A program made the translations under genes and the position numbers. A stretch of DNA of 64,000 nt from Macrostomum lignano. Lineage: Eukaryota. The notes under the pieces are model-generated. The model saw only the letters and a list, made by a program, of their open reading frames with translations, did no database searches and was not told the origin of the DNA. Positions 1 through 12,786 of this stretch are shown here, in pieces. The stretch's first letter is position 1, and every line of letters begins with the position of its first letter. The DNA is taken from positions 186,001 to 250,000 of the forward strand of contig NIVC01001049.1 in NCBI GenBank assembly GCA_002269645.1. Direction: 5' to 3'.

Positions 1-296
1 GCAGGAAACGCCCTTTAAAGCCTTTTGTTTGGCAGCCGGTTTTTGCGACTGCTGAGCCCCAGTTCAAGCACCCAGGCACCGGCCGTTAAAAGAGTGAGAA
101 TTAGAAAGTACGCTCTGTGCTTTGATGCCGCGCCAGACAACAGGATAGGGGAAGTCGGGCGGAGCGAGACAACACAATGACTCATTTATCGGTCCAACTA
201 ATTTCATCTGAATCCAGCCCTGCTCTGCGGTTTGCCATTCAGATTCGCGTGTCTCAGCCTCGCTTATCGACCCATCTTGCTGTCTGCTTATTTAAG

Positions 297-608
297 CTCC
301 TCTCTCCTCTCCTCCCTCTCCTCTCCTCTCCTCTCTCTCTCTCTCTCCTCTCCTCTCCTCTCCTCTCCTCTCTCTCTCTCTCTCCTCTCCTCTCTCTCCT
401 CTCCTCTCTCTCTCTCTCTCTCCTCTCCTCTCCTCTCTCTCCTCTCCTCTCCTCTCTCCTCCCTCTCTTTCCTCTCTCTCTCTCTCTCTCTCCTCTCTCT
501 CCTCTCCTCTCTCCTCTCTCTCCTCTCTCTCTCCTCTCTCTCCTCTCCTCTCTCCTCTCCTCTCCTCTCCTCTCTCTCCTCCTCCTCTCTCTCCTCTCCT
601 CTCCTCTC

Positions 609-642
<34 letters not shown>

Positions 643-1182
643 CTCTCTCTCCTCTCCTCTCTCTCCTCTCTCTCCTCTCCTCTCTCTCTCTCTCCTCTCC
701 TCTCCTCTCCTCTCCTCTCTTTCCTCTCTCTCCTCTCCTCTCTCTCCTCTCTCTCCTCTCCTCTCTCTCCTCTCCTCTCCTCTCCTCTCCTCTCCTCTCT
801 CCTCTCCTCTCCTCTCCTCTCTCTCCTCTCCTCTCTCTCCTCTCCTCTCTCTCCTCTCTCTCCTCTCCTCTCCTCTCCTCTCCTCTCTTTCCTCTCTCTC
901 CTCTCCTCTCTCTCCTCTCCTCTCCTCTCTCTCCTCTCCTCTCTCTCCTCTCTCTCCTCTCCTCTCCTCTCTCTCTCTCCTCTCCCTCTCTCTCTCTCTC
1001 CTCTCCTCTCCTCTCCTCTCCTCTCCTCTCCTCTCTCTCCTCTCTCTCCTCTCCTCTCCTCTCCTCTCCTCTCCTCTCCTCTCTCTCTCTCCTCTCTCTC
1101 CTCTCCTCTCCTCTCCTCTCCTCTTTCTCCTCTCCTCTCTCTCCTCTCCTCTCTCTCCTCTCCTCTCTCTCCTCTCCTCTCT
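297..1182. repeat. CT/CTC polypyrimidine low-complexity tract
   Basis: About 890 bp made almost only of C and T; the overlapping S/L/P and R/E/G ORFs are by-products. Confidence 0.97.
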
Positions 1183-1384
1183 ATCTGATCCTGCCTATAG
1201 CGCTTTCTATCTGATGACACGTGCATCAAGCTCGTGGTGACTCAAACCTCACTACGATGTGTAAAAATCATGCAGTGCACTCGTGTAATTTGTAAAGTTA
1301 TTTTGCATTTGTAGCTCGTAGCCAAGCTTCGCAAAGAGATCTAAATTCCAATTTTTAATCAATTAGAAATGCTTATGCTGCCTA

Positions 1385-1686
1385 GTTATTACTCATTATT
1401 ACTAATTATTACTCATTATTACTCATTATTACTCATTATTACTCATTATTACTAATTATTACTCATTATTACTAATTATTACTCATTATTACTCATTATT
1501 ACTCATTATTACTCATTATTACTAATTATTACTCATTATTACTCATTATTACTCATTATTACTCATTATTACTCATTATTACTCATTATTACTCATTATT
1601 ACTAATTATTACTCATTATTACTAATTATTACTCATTATTACTCATTATTACTAATTATTACTCATTATTACTAATTATTACTAAT
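1385..1686. repeat. 10-bp tandem repeat (TTATTACTCA/TTATTACTAA)
   Basis: About 30 units visible directly. Confidence 0.96.
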
Positions 1687-2334
1687 CTCTCAACACTGTC
1701 CGGATTGGAAATTTCGCACCAATTTTTCTACTAATCTTTTATTGGGCCTGTCAGCATAATTTTCATGTTTCACTTCACTCCTCACCTCAGCCTCTTGAGC
1801 TCCGGCAGAGCTGGAAACTCTGAGAATTACTTTTGGCTAAGAATTGTGAGCACGGGTTAATCTCAGCTTCCAAATCTGCTGCTGCCGCATCAGCCGCAGC
1901 GTCCCGGCTCAGATTGACTCACAATGCCGGCGCACGGCACAAGGACCCAAGGCGGCACTCTTTGATCTAGTCAATAAAACATTTTGCGTCTCTATTGCCC
2001 ACCAGCCGCCCTTGGTGTGAAGTTTGGCCCGTCTGGCTTGGCTTGTAGTAGCGAGGCTGCGCTGCACACGATGGAGCTGCGGGCCTCCCAGCCTCCGCCC
2101 CCATATGCTTTATATTGTCCGTCATTATCTGTGCTATTTACTGCTCAGTGAAAACTCTTTCTCGAGCGCCCTCTTGCAGTCTGGCCGCTGCTGCTTGCTG
2201 GCTGTGCAACCCACCAATTATGGCTGCTAAAGTGCCCCGGGTTGTAAAGCATTGCAGCCTCCGCTTCATCTGATTAATGGGCCTGAGGCGTGACTGCGAT
2301 TGCGTGCGGTCTGTCTGCCGATCTGCCTGCTTGT

Positions 2335-2511
<177 letters not shown>

Positions 2512-3299
2512 AGACAAATTTCACATCATCACTTGACTCAAATACTGAAGTAGCAGTCAATAGTAGTGTCTGTCTGTCTGTCTGCCTGCTGCACTCTGTC
2601 TCTGTCCCCTGCACTAAAGCCAGCAAGCGATCGCTGCGCAGAGGCCGAATGTCAGCTGGCTGCAGAGAGAGGACCGCCCACTAGCCGGCGCCCCCCGCCT
2701 TATCGAACGGCGGAGAGGGTTTGGGAGGAGGCGTGGAGGCTCTCAGCAACTGCAGCCGAGCTCATATCGGATTAAGAGTGCGCGGAGCCCTCAAAGATTT
2801 GTCGGGAGTAGCAGACAGCTCCAGTGCTGGGACTGGGAGGGACTCGTGTCACTAAGTGGGGCAGGATGGGCCAAGGACAAAGAGCTGCCGGCTGAGGGGA
2901 AGCGCCAAGGCAGCTGCTTAGGACTTGTTTACCAGTCTGTCTGGCTGGTCTCGCCCGCCGCACAGACTGAGGCCTCAGCCCGCAGTGTACTTTTACAATC
3001 TGGCGCTTTGTCTCAATCGATGCGGGGCCAGGGGGTTGCAGGACAGGCTGCCACTCAAACACCGAGCAACTCTCTCCATCTCTGTGTTCACGAGGAGACG
3101 AGAGTGCGGCAACGATAGGATTCCATTGGTGCTTTGCACTACTGACTTGCCGAGAAAAACAAGTAGCATGTTACGCAAAACTGTTTTAACTGCAAAACTG
3201 CAAAATGTGTTTGCTTTTAGTGAATTTATTAATTGCTTTTAATTTGGTATTGTTGACATCTCAAGAAGGCGTTCAAGGAGGAGCTCAAGGGGGCTCTGG

Positions 3300-6200
3300 A
3301 AAGTGCAGGGCGTCACTTCAGCTGAGGCGCCGGTGGCCGGCGGCCCATCCGCGGCGGCGGTCGGAGCCGCTCGAAGCGGACAGTCTCGGCCACCAGGAGG
3401 GCCATCTCGGCCAGGCGCTGGGCGAAGAACACGGGCACCGGGGCGGACACCGCGCCGGATGAGGCGGAGACGGCGCCGGGGTCCGGGTACAGGAAGTCCG
3501 GAGGGGACGCCGAGGCCGCCAGAAGGCCCGGCGGGGACTCCGGCACCGAAGCGGCCGAGCAGCGGCTGGGGCCGGCGACGGCTGCGGCTGCAGGTGCTGG
3601 CGGGTTTCGGCGCTGATGCTGCGGTGGCGCTGCAGGCGCCGCTGCTCCGGGACTCCGCCTGCGCCTGGACTGCCGCTCCGCCTGCGGCTGCGGCTGGGAA
3701 GTCGCTGCTAATGATTCTACCGCCTGCTGCTGCTGCTGCTGCGTGGCCGGTGGCGCCGCTGGCGGCAGCAGGCCGGCAATGGAGAATGCTGGGCCGCTGT
3801 CAGCCGCTGAGGCTGGAAAAGGCAAAGTACAAATTGTACTTTTGTATTTCGGACATGGGCTATTGGAGCACAGGGCTGTCTGGTTATTGAGTTACACAGC
3901 TGCAGGTGGGTCACAGAGGTGCAGGTGGGTCACAGAGGTGCAGATGGGTCACAGAGGTGCAGATGGGTCACAGAAGTGCAGGTGGGTCACAGAGGTGCAG
4001 GTGGGTCACAGAGGTGCAGGTGGGTCACAGAGGTGCAGGTGGGTCACAGAGGTGCAGCCGTGCAGGTGGGTCACAGAGGTGCAGGTGGGTCACAGAGGTG
4101 CAGGTGGGTCACAGAGGTGCAGATGGGTCACAGAGGTGCAGATGGGTCACAGAGGTGCAGGTAGGTCACAGGTGGGTGGGTCACAGGCGGGTGGGTCACT
4201 CACAATTCCTGCCCACAGTGGAGATGCAGGGCGCCAGGCCAGATTTTCCCGCCTGTCCCGAGGCCTCCAGCTCGGCTCCGCGGCCCCTCGGCAAAATCAG
4301 CGACTGGGTGGTGCGGATCTCCAGCTCGGCGGCCGCTTGCAGCTGCTGGGCGACCGGCATCTCCTGCTGCTTGAGCTGCTGAAGCCGGCGAAGCTGGCGC
4401 TGCTGCCTGCCGCCGCTCCAGTCGGGGGTGTCGCCCAGCTGACTGGCCGCCAGCAGCCGCCGCTCCCTGCGCCGCTCCCTGGAGGTCGGGCGTCCGCCGC
4501 CGACATCGTCTGGAATGTCGCCGCCGCTGACGCCACCAAAGGACGGCCGGGAGGCGGCCGGTTGAGTGATGCCGCTTCTGTGTGTAAATTGAAATCAATT
4601 GTTAATTACTCCAGTCATGTCCAAACAGTCTACTGACTAGATACCACTGTCAGTAGTGCAAAAGTACAAATTAGCTTTATTAGAGCTCATTTCTTATGGG
4701 TAGAGCCATAGACACTTAGGGATCTAGTGCCTGATTGTGCATAAGAGAGAGAGCCGTAAAACCGTCCAGTTTAGCGGTCCATGTCCTTGCTACGTATCTA
4801 GCAGTCCATGGAAGAATCCCCAGATAACGCGGAGGCTGCTTGGTGTTGAGAGAAACTTAAAGATCACCTAGCCTCTCCCTTTAGTTACCCGACAGTCTGT
4901 TACTTTGTCCCTTCTTCTGCTTCTGGTGCTCCTGCTGCTGCTTCTGCCTGATCGGCCCCCGCACTCACCTGGGCCGCTCCTGCATCCTCAGTGCCAGGCT
5001 CGCCATGGGAATCGCTTTGGATGAGGAGTGAAACAGCTGCGGGATCCGAGACTGAGCCTGGGAGCTCAGCCCTTTACCTTCAGCTGTTTCACGGTGGGGC
5101 CAATGACCGCCCGCTCAATGAGCGGCAAAGCTCCTGTCACACTGGCCTTACCTGCGCATCCCTACCTGTTCTCCCTTTGCTTTACCCGGGGCAACTGCGG
5201 AGTTAATTAATTATTAATTAGCTTAGACGCGGCCGGGCCTGAGAAGCTGAGCTGCCTCATCAGGCCGGACAACATTGTCTCGGAATCGGGCCCGCAGAAA
5301 TCGATCGCCAAAGACGTCAGCGCATCACTGTGGACACAGTGATACAGTGCTGCTGTTCATGAGACACAGAGGGTGCGCGTGTCTAACGATAAGTAACTCA
5401 GGGGGCCGGCCCCGCTTTACCCGCCTCACCCTCCCCTGAAGCCGCAGATCTCCGGCAGGTTGGCGGCGTCGGGGATCGGCGGCGCTAAGCTGGAGTTCCA
5501 GAACCGGTAAAAGTACACATTGCTCTGCACCCGGTTGGACCACAGGCTGGCGGGCGGCAGGTAGGGCAGGGCGGCTGCTGACTCGCTTGGTGCCAGCCGG
5601 TCTGACATGGCGACTCGGGTTTGCGCAGGGTTCAGGCTTGTGCAGGGTTCAGTCTTGTGCAGGGTTCAGTCTTGTGCAAGGTTCAGTCTTGTGCAAGGTT
5701 CAGGCTTGTGCAGGGTTCAGTCTTGTGCAAGGTTCAGGCTTGTGCAGGGTTCAGTCTTGTGCAAGGTTCAGGCTTGTGCAAGGTTCAGTCTTGTGCAGGG
5801 TTCAGGCTTGTGCAGGGTTCAGGCTTGTGCAGGGTTCAGTCTTGTGCAGGGTTCAGGCTTGTGCAGGGTTCAGGCTTGTGCAGGGTTCAGTCTTGTGCAA
5901 GGTTCAGGCTTGTGCAGGGTTCAGTCTTGTGCAAGGTTCAGGCTTGTGCAAGGTTCAGTCTTGTGCAGGGTTCAGGCTTGTGCAGGGTTCAGTCTTGTGC
6001 AAGGTTCAGTCTTGTGCAAGGTTCAGGCTTGTGCAGGGTTCAGTCTTGTGCAAGGTTCAGGCTTGTGCAAGGTTCAGTCTTGTGCAGGGTTCAGGCTTGT
6101 GCAGGGTTCAGGCTTGTGCAGGGTTCAGTCTTGTGCAGGGTTCAGGCTTGTGCAGGGTTCAGGCTTGTGCAGGGTTCAGTCTTGTGCAAGGTTCAGGCTT

Positions 6201-9200
6201 GTGCAGGGTTCAGTCTTGTGCAAGGTTCAGGCTTGTGCAGGGTTCAGGCTTGTGCAGGGTTCAGTCTTGTGCAAGGTTCAGGCTTGTGCAGGGTTCAGTC
6301 TTTTTCAGGGTTCAGGCCTGTGCAGGGTTCAGGCTGTTGCGCTAAGCTCAGCAGACTTTGGCAGCTTTCTTTTCTTTAAAGCAGAAATTGCAAAAGCCAA
6401 ATCGTTGCTGGTAGGCTGCGGAGACTGTGTTTGAGAAGCGAGACTGCAGCAAACAAAGCCACGAAAGAAGAAGTCTCTGAGGTGGAGCGGCCGGTGGTTT
6501 AAGTGCAGTGGCGTCTCCTCAAGTTCAGAACCAGCCGACCCAGTCAGTCACTTTCGCCGCTCTGCCAGCCCACTTGCTTCCAGCCTGGGCCCAATGCGCA
6601 GGAGACTCTCACTGTCCAGGGGGCAGGCAGGGTACAGGAAAACCCAGCGGGAGGTGCGGGACTGTCTCTCACCTCTCTCTCACCTCTCTCTCACCTCTCT
6701 CTCACCTCTCTCTCACCTCTCCCGGTCATTAAGCTGTCAAGCAAAAATTCGAGAGCCAATTGCTGCAATTAATTCACTCGCTCAATGTGGCGTAGCGTGC
6801 ATGCTAGCGGTGACACAGTAATTTTTATGACAAGTTTAATTATTAGCTGCGATTGGTAATTATAAATAATTGGTTTCTGCTGATGGACAGTTGGTAGTGG
6901 CGGGCTGAGTGGCACATAATAGCAGGTTGTAAATCACGGCATTGAATTAACTCTCCCAGGTGGGGCTGTGATTGCAAAGTCAATCAATTGTTAACATAGC
7001 ACGCGACAGGCTCGCATGGCTACTCATAGTAGGTGGCTGGCATCCCAGCGCGCCATGAATGGTAGTCACCAGAGTTTTGCCTACTTTACATTATTAGCGG
7101 GCAGCACTTTATAGGTTTGTAAAAAGGTGATTCGTAACAGAGAATCTCACGACAACCCCACGGTCAGTTTTCGCGCACAGCCCCAAATGAGTTTGGCCGC
7201 GCATGGAACCGAGCCAGGGGTCGCGGGGCGAGAGTCAGGCACGTTTTTCACTGAGCCGCTCTGTCCCACTAACTGTCACACCACAGAGTCACACCCGGTG
7301 TCATTCACGCCACTAGAGCCACTAGAAAGCTTCGCACGACAGAGTCACATCAGACAGTCACATCATTGAGAGTCACACCAGAGATAGACAAACCAGAGAG
7401 AGTCACACCAGAGAGAGTCTCACCAGAGAGAGTCACACCACAGAGAGTCACATCAGAAAGAGTCACACCAGAGAGAATCACGCCAGAGAGAATCACGCCA
7501 GAGAGAATCACATCAGAAAGAGTCACACCAGCGAGAGTCACACCAGAGACAGTCACATCATTGAGAGTCACACCAGAGAGAGTCACACCAGAGGGAGTCA
7601 CACCAGAGAGAGTCACACCAGAGGGAGGCACATCAGAGAGAGTCACACCAGAGAGTAACACCAGAAAGTCAAACCAAAGAGAGTCGCACCAGAGGGAGGC
7701 ACATCAGAGAGAGTAACACCAGAAAGAGTCACACCAGAGATAGACAAACCAGAGAGAGTCACACTAGAGAGAGTCTCACCAGAGAGAGTCACACCACAGA
7801 GAGTCACATCAGAAAGAGTCACACCAGAGAGAATCACGCCAGAGAGAATCACGCCAGAGAGAGTCACACCAGAGAGAGTCACACCAGAGAGAGTCACACC
7901 AGAGAGAGTCACACGAGAGAGAGTCACACCAGAGGGAGTCACGCCAGAGAGAGTCACCCCAGAGAGAGTCACACCACAGTGAGACACACCAGAGAGAGTC
8001 ACACCAGAGGGAGTCACGCCAGAGAGAGTCACCCCAGAGAGAGTCACACCACAGTGAGACACACCAGAGAGAGTCACACCACAGTGAGACACACCAGAGA
8101 GAGTCACACCACAGTGAGACACACCAGAGAGAGTCACACCACAGTGAGACACACCAGAGAGAGTCACACCACAGTGAGACACACCAGAGAGAGTCACCCC
8201 AGAGAGAGTCACACCACAGTGAGACACACCAGAGAGAGTCACACCACAGTGAGACACACCAGAGAGAGTCACCCCAGAGAGAGTCACACCACAGTGAGAC
8301 ACACCAGAGAGAGTCACACCACAGTGAGACACACCAGAGAGAGTCACAGCACAGTGAGACACACCAGAGAGAGTAACACCACAGTGAGACACACCAGAGA
8401 GAGTCACACCACAGTGAGACACACCAGAGAGAGTCACCCCAGACAGAGTCACACCACAGTGAGACACACCAGAGAGAGTCACACCAGAGGGAGTCACATC
8501 AGAGAGAATCACGCCAGAGAGAGTCACCCCAGAGAGAGTCACACCACAGTGAGACACACCAGAGAGAGTCACACCACAGTGAGACACACCAGAGAGAGTC
8601 ACACCACAGTGAGACACACCAGAGAGAGTCACACCACAGTGAGACACACCAGAGAGAGTCACTCACTGGCACAGGGACAGCCGGTAGCTGAATGCCTGCT
8701 CCCCAGGCGTCGGTGTCTGCCTGAAGTCCAGCCTGGCGCTGTCATACGGCATGTTCACCCAGCCGGCCAGCCAGGCCGCCCGCTGCTGCTGGCCCAGCAG
8801 GGCGGGCAGCTTTCTCTTCGGGCTGCCAGACTCCGGACTGCGCGGTCAGCTCAGTGCGGATCAGAGCTGCTCATGAGCTGCTGAAGCAGCGGGACTTTGG
8901 AGGGCCTGAATCCGCCGGTGGGGAGAGACAGCTGCTGGGAAATTTCTGTGCTGGGAGTTGGGATTTTATCCCACTGGGAGGCTGCTAAAACAATGTCAGC
9001 TAAGGGTTTTGCGACGTGAGGAGCCTCCAGGAGACGGGGGAGGGAGAGGCGATGAAGGGGGAGAGGCTGGGATTGCGACCGGGAGGCGCCTGAGCCCATG
9101 GCAACAGGCGGTGGCGGGGGCGGCGATGCGGCCTCAGCGGAGCGGGGAGACCAGCTGGGGAAATAGAAAAACTGAAATTCTGAGCTCCCCCAGGGTACGG

Positions 9201-10263
9201 GCAGCAGGAAATGGAAAGTTGGCCGGGAAAGAGGTGCCGCTCTTCACGGACACAGCTGCTTGGGAAATCTCAGTGGGAGCTGGCACAGGTGCTCTGTACC
9301 TGGGGTAGCTGATATCACAGGAGCTGGCACAGGTGCTCTGTACCTGGGGTAGCTGATATCACAGGAGCTGGCACAGGTGCTCTGTACCTGGGGTAACTGA
9401 TATCACAGGAGCTGGCACAGGTGCTCTGTACCTGGGGTAGCTGATATCACAGGAGCTGGCACAGGTGCTCTGTACCTGGGGTAGCTGATATCACAGGGAG
9501 CTGGCACAGGTGCTCTGTACCTGGGGTAGCTGATATCACAGGAGCTGGCACAGGTGCTCTGTACCTGGGGTAGCTGATATCACAGGGAGCTGGCACAGGT
9601 GCTCTGTACCTGGGGTAGCTGATATCACAGGAGCTGGCACAGGTGCTCTGTACCTGGGGTAACTGATATCACAGGAGCTGGCACAGGTTCTCTGTACCCA
9701 TTGGGGTCACTCCCGGCTCACTCACATGCACACACACTGGGATCACTCCCGGCTCACTCACATGCACACACACTGGAGTCACTCCCGGCTCACTCACATG
9801 CACACACATTGGGGTCACTCCCGGCTCACTCACATGCACACACACTGGAGTCACTCCCGGCTCACTCACATGCACACACATTGGGGTCACTCCCGGCTCA
9901 CTCACATGCACACACTGTGGTCACTCCCGGCTCACTCACATGCACACACTGTGGTCACTCCCGGCTCACTCACATGCACACACACTGGGGTCACTCCCGG
10001 CTCACTCACATGCACACACACTGGGGTCACTCCCGGCTCACTCACATGCACACACACTGGGGTCACTCCCGGCTCACTCACATGCACACACACTGGGGTC
10101 ACTCCCGGCTCACTCACATGCACACACATTGGGGTCACTCCCGGCTCACATGCACAGCTCGGGATCTGCAGCGGTGACTTTTTGAACTCCGGGCAGGTGG
10201 CCCAGAGGCCGACTCGTCAGGATCCTGACCTGGGGAGCGGATGAAACCCCAGAGTGCTTGCTC

Positions 10264-10297
<34 letters not shown>

Positions 10298-10450
10298 TCC
10301 CCTGCTGATGGCAGGTGTGCACCAGGGCTGAGGGCCACAGGCAGTCCAGGTCGACGGCGCGGCAGGTGGTGGCGGAGCGAAACCGCTGCTGCTGCTGTGA
10401 GGTCCCCACTTTAGCCAGCATTGGAGGATCTCAACTTGAGATGCAGCTGG
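3300..10450 (-). CDS. Unidentified multi-exon gene(s); exon candidates near 10450-10150, 8842-8665, 5600-5430, 5040-4969, 4560-4204, 3812-3300
   Basis: GC-rich unique blocks bounded by minus-strand GTGAG donors (~10150, ~8664, 5429, ~4968, ~4203) and pyrimidine-CAG acceptors, separated by repeat arrays. Peptides such as LPYLPPASLWSNRVQSNVYFYRFWNSSL and WLAGWVNMPYDSARLDFRQTPTPGEQAFSYRLSLC look coding. No family recognised and the exon chain was not resolved. Confidence 0.5.
3901..4200. repeat. 19-bp minisatellite (GCAGGTGGGTCACAGAGGT)
   Basis: About 15 units; intronic. Confidence 0.95.
5617..6335. repeat. 17-bp minisatellite (TGCAGGGTTCAGGCTTG variants)
   Basis: About 42 units with G/A and G/T variant positions. 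Confidence 0.96.
7270..8662. repeat. 15-bp minisatellite (GAGAGTCACACCAGA) grading into a 30-bp dimeric unit
   Basis: Visible directly; the long repetitive ORFs here are artefacts. Confidence 0.95.
9285..9697. repeat. 44-bp minisatellite (GGAGCTGGCACAGGTGCTCTGTACCTGGGGTAGCTGATATCACA)
   Basis: About 9 near-identical units. Confidence 0.95.
9700..10150. repeat. 36-bp minisatellite (GGGGTCACTCCCGGCTCACTCACATGCACACACACT)
   Basis: About 12 units abutting the 44-bp array. Confidence 0.95.
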
Positions 10451-10544
10451 GGACAAGAGGAGAATGCAACAAGAGGGTCTTGTTGGATAGCCAGGGATGA
10501 GACTCGATGAGCTCGCTGCTGACTGAACACCTGGCATGATCCGC

Positions 10545-11000
10545 TGACTCATTCTATGACTACATGACCTGGATCTACTGACTCATTCTATGACCACATG
10601 ACCTGGATCTACTGACTCATTCTATGACCACATGACCTGGACCCATTGACTCATTCTATGACCACATGACCTGGACCCATTGACTCATTCTATGACCACA
10701 AGACCTGGACCCATTGACTCATTCTATGACCACATGACCTGGACCCATTGACTCATTCTATGACTACATGACCCGGATCCTCTAATTCATTGTATGACCA
10801 CATGACCCAGATTCTATAACTTTCTATGACTCAGATTATATGACCACATGACTTATTCTATGACTTCAAGACCTAGATCTACTGACTCATTCTGTGACTG
10901 TGTGACCCGGAGCTACTGACTCATTCTATGAAATCATTCTATGACCTGGATCTACTGACTCATTCTATGACATGACCTGGTTTGACAGACTCATTCTATA
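10545..11000. repeat. ~34-bp degenerate minisatellite (CTGACTCATTCTATGACCACATGACCTGGATCTA)
   Basis: Units decay toward the right end. Confidence 0.9.
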
Positions 11001-11744
11001 TTTCCCCAGCTAAGTCAGAACAATGGTGAAGTGAGCACACAGTTGAGATGCGCACAAACAATGACAGGCAGCTGCAAAGAAGCTCCCGCACTCACCAGCC
11101 GGTTGCAAATCAGTCAAGAATGGGACAGACGGCCGGGCAGTCAGGGAGTTACAAATTCAATCGGAGAAGTAGGAGAGAGTTGCCAAGCTGGTCCTCCAGA
11201 GCCGCGCGCAAAATTCTTCCACACAATGTCTTGACTCGCTCTTCTGAATAAAAAGTTTTCTGCGCTTAAAACCTGAGTCGGAGGAAGGGCCGGACAAGCC
11301 CCCCCCCTCCGTCTGGCAAAAATATTAGGGGATGTGGGAGGCGGGAGAGGCCTTCAGTTCAGGCAGAAGAGAGAGGAGAAATTGCTTCATGAAATCGTGT
11401 TCAACTCAGATGAGGAAGTTAATCCCAGAGAGCTCAGCTGAGCTCCCAACTGCCTCTCCCTTCGAATCCAGCTGACTGCGGAAAGCTTCACGCAGCGGGG
11501 AGGCAGCCGCCGGAGCAATGAGGCAACAATGAGCAGTGCTCAACTCAGGATGAAGTTCTTTCTCATTGATTGGGCTCTCAGATCCGCATCTCTTGCCCCA
11601 GACTCTCTACGTGTAGCTGCCAGCCTGCCTTGCCACTCTGCCGGCTAATAATAGTATTTTCAATGAGCACTGCAGCCATGGGTGTTGTACGGGATATTTC
11701 AATAGAAGTTTATATCAGTTTGCCTGGGTCTTGGTTGATAACAT

Positions 11745-12075
11745 ATATATACATGTACTGGTGTCTAGGTAACATATATATACATGTACTGGTGTCTAGG
11801 TATCTAGGTGTCTGTGTGCCTAGGTATCTAGGTGTCTGTGTGCCTAGGTATCTAGGTGTCTGTGTGCCTAGGTATCTAGGTGTCTGTGTGCCTAGGTATC
11901 TAGGTGTCTGTGTGCCTAGGTATCTAGGTGTCTGTGTGCCTAGGTATCTAGGTGTCTGTGTGCCTAGGTATCTAGGTGTATGTGTGCCTAGGTATCTAGG
12001 TGTCTGTGTGCCTAGGTATCTAGGTGTATGTGTGCCTAGGTATCTAGGTGTATGTGTGCCTAGGTATCTAGGTGT
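11745..12075. repeat. 24-bp minisatellite (CTAGGTATCTAGGTGTCTGTGTGC)
   Basis: About 13 units. Confidence 0.95.
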
Positions 12076-12786
12076 CAGCATGTCTCATTCAAATCGGCAC
12101 TTTTAATCTGTAGTTTATGGAAAAACTTACAGCGTTCACACTCTGGAGACGGAGAGGAGCGGAACAGGGCGGAGAGGGAGCGGAACAGGGCGGAGAGGGA
12201 GCGGAACAGGGCGGAGAGGGAGCGGAACAGGATGGAGAGGGACTGGAGCGGGTTGGCTTGTGAACGGACGCATTCGCATCATATTTCAAGTGCAGATGGT
12301 TCAGAAAATAACAAACAACTGGACGGAGCGCAAGTCAAAGAACTCAGCTTAGAAATCGTTGCAAGGCTCAGCAAAATTCTCATATTTTTAGCAAATCAAT
12401 CGTGATTGACTGAGAAGCGAGGCGAGCGAGCCATTTCACGTCGGAAGCTGGCTCAGAAAGTGGCTGAGATGATGGCGGTGCTGGGGCATCAGAGACACAG
12501 ATTAGCAGGCAGAGAGCGTCAGAACAAATTTCTGTTTCTGTGGCCGCCGAAGCAGCAAGCAAATTGGCTGGGGCGGGTTGGGGCAGATCAAGTGCTGGCT
12601 GGCATGTACAGTTAATCAATCCAATCACTGATGGGCATTCTGCGAGTGAGCAGGTTAAATAGCAAATCAGGCGATGACAAGGCAGCCAGGTTCGTTGGCG
12701 GGCGGTCTTTGCGTAAATAAACAGATTAAAGACATCGTAGTTTCATTTTAGACAAAATTGTTCAATATTTCACTGCAGAGTTCGGC

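Noticed and set aside
177-1229. Long S/L/P and R/E/G ORFs
   Set aside because: Translation of a CT low-complexity tract, which lacks stop codons by composition.
5587-8884. Repetitive 250-340-aa ORFs (VQGS..., SGVSHCGVTL..., HTRESHTTVR...)
   Set aside because: Stop-free frames of intronic minisatellites; no codon or splice evidence.
9285-10150. CRISPR-like appearance of 36-44-bp repeats
   Set aside because: Head-to-tail tandem units with no unique spacers, no cas genes, eukaryotic context.
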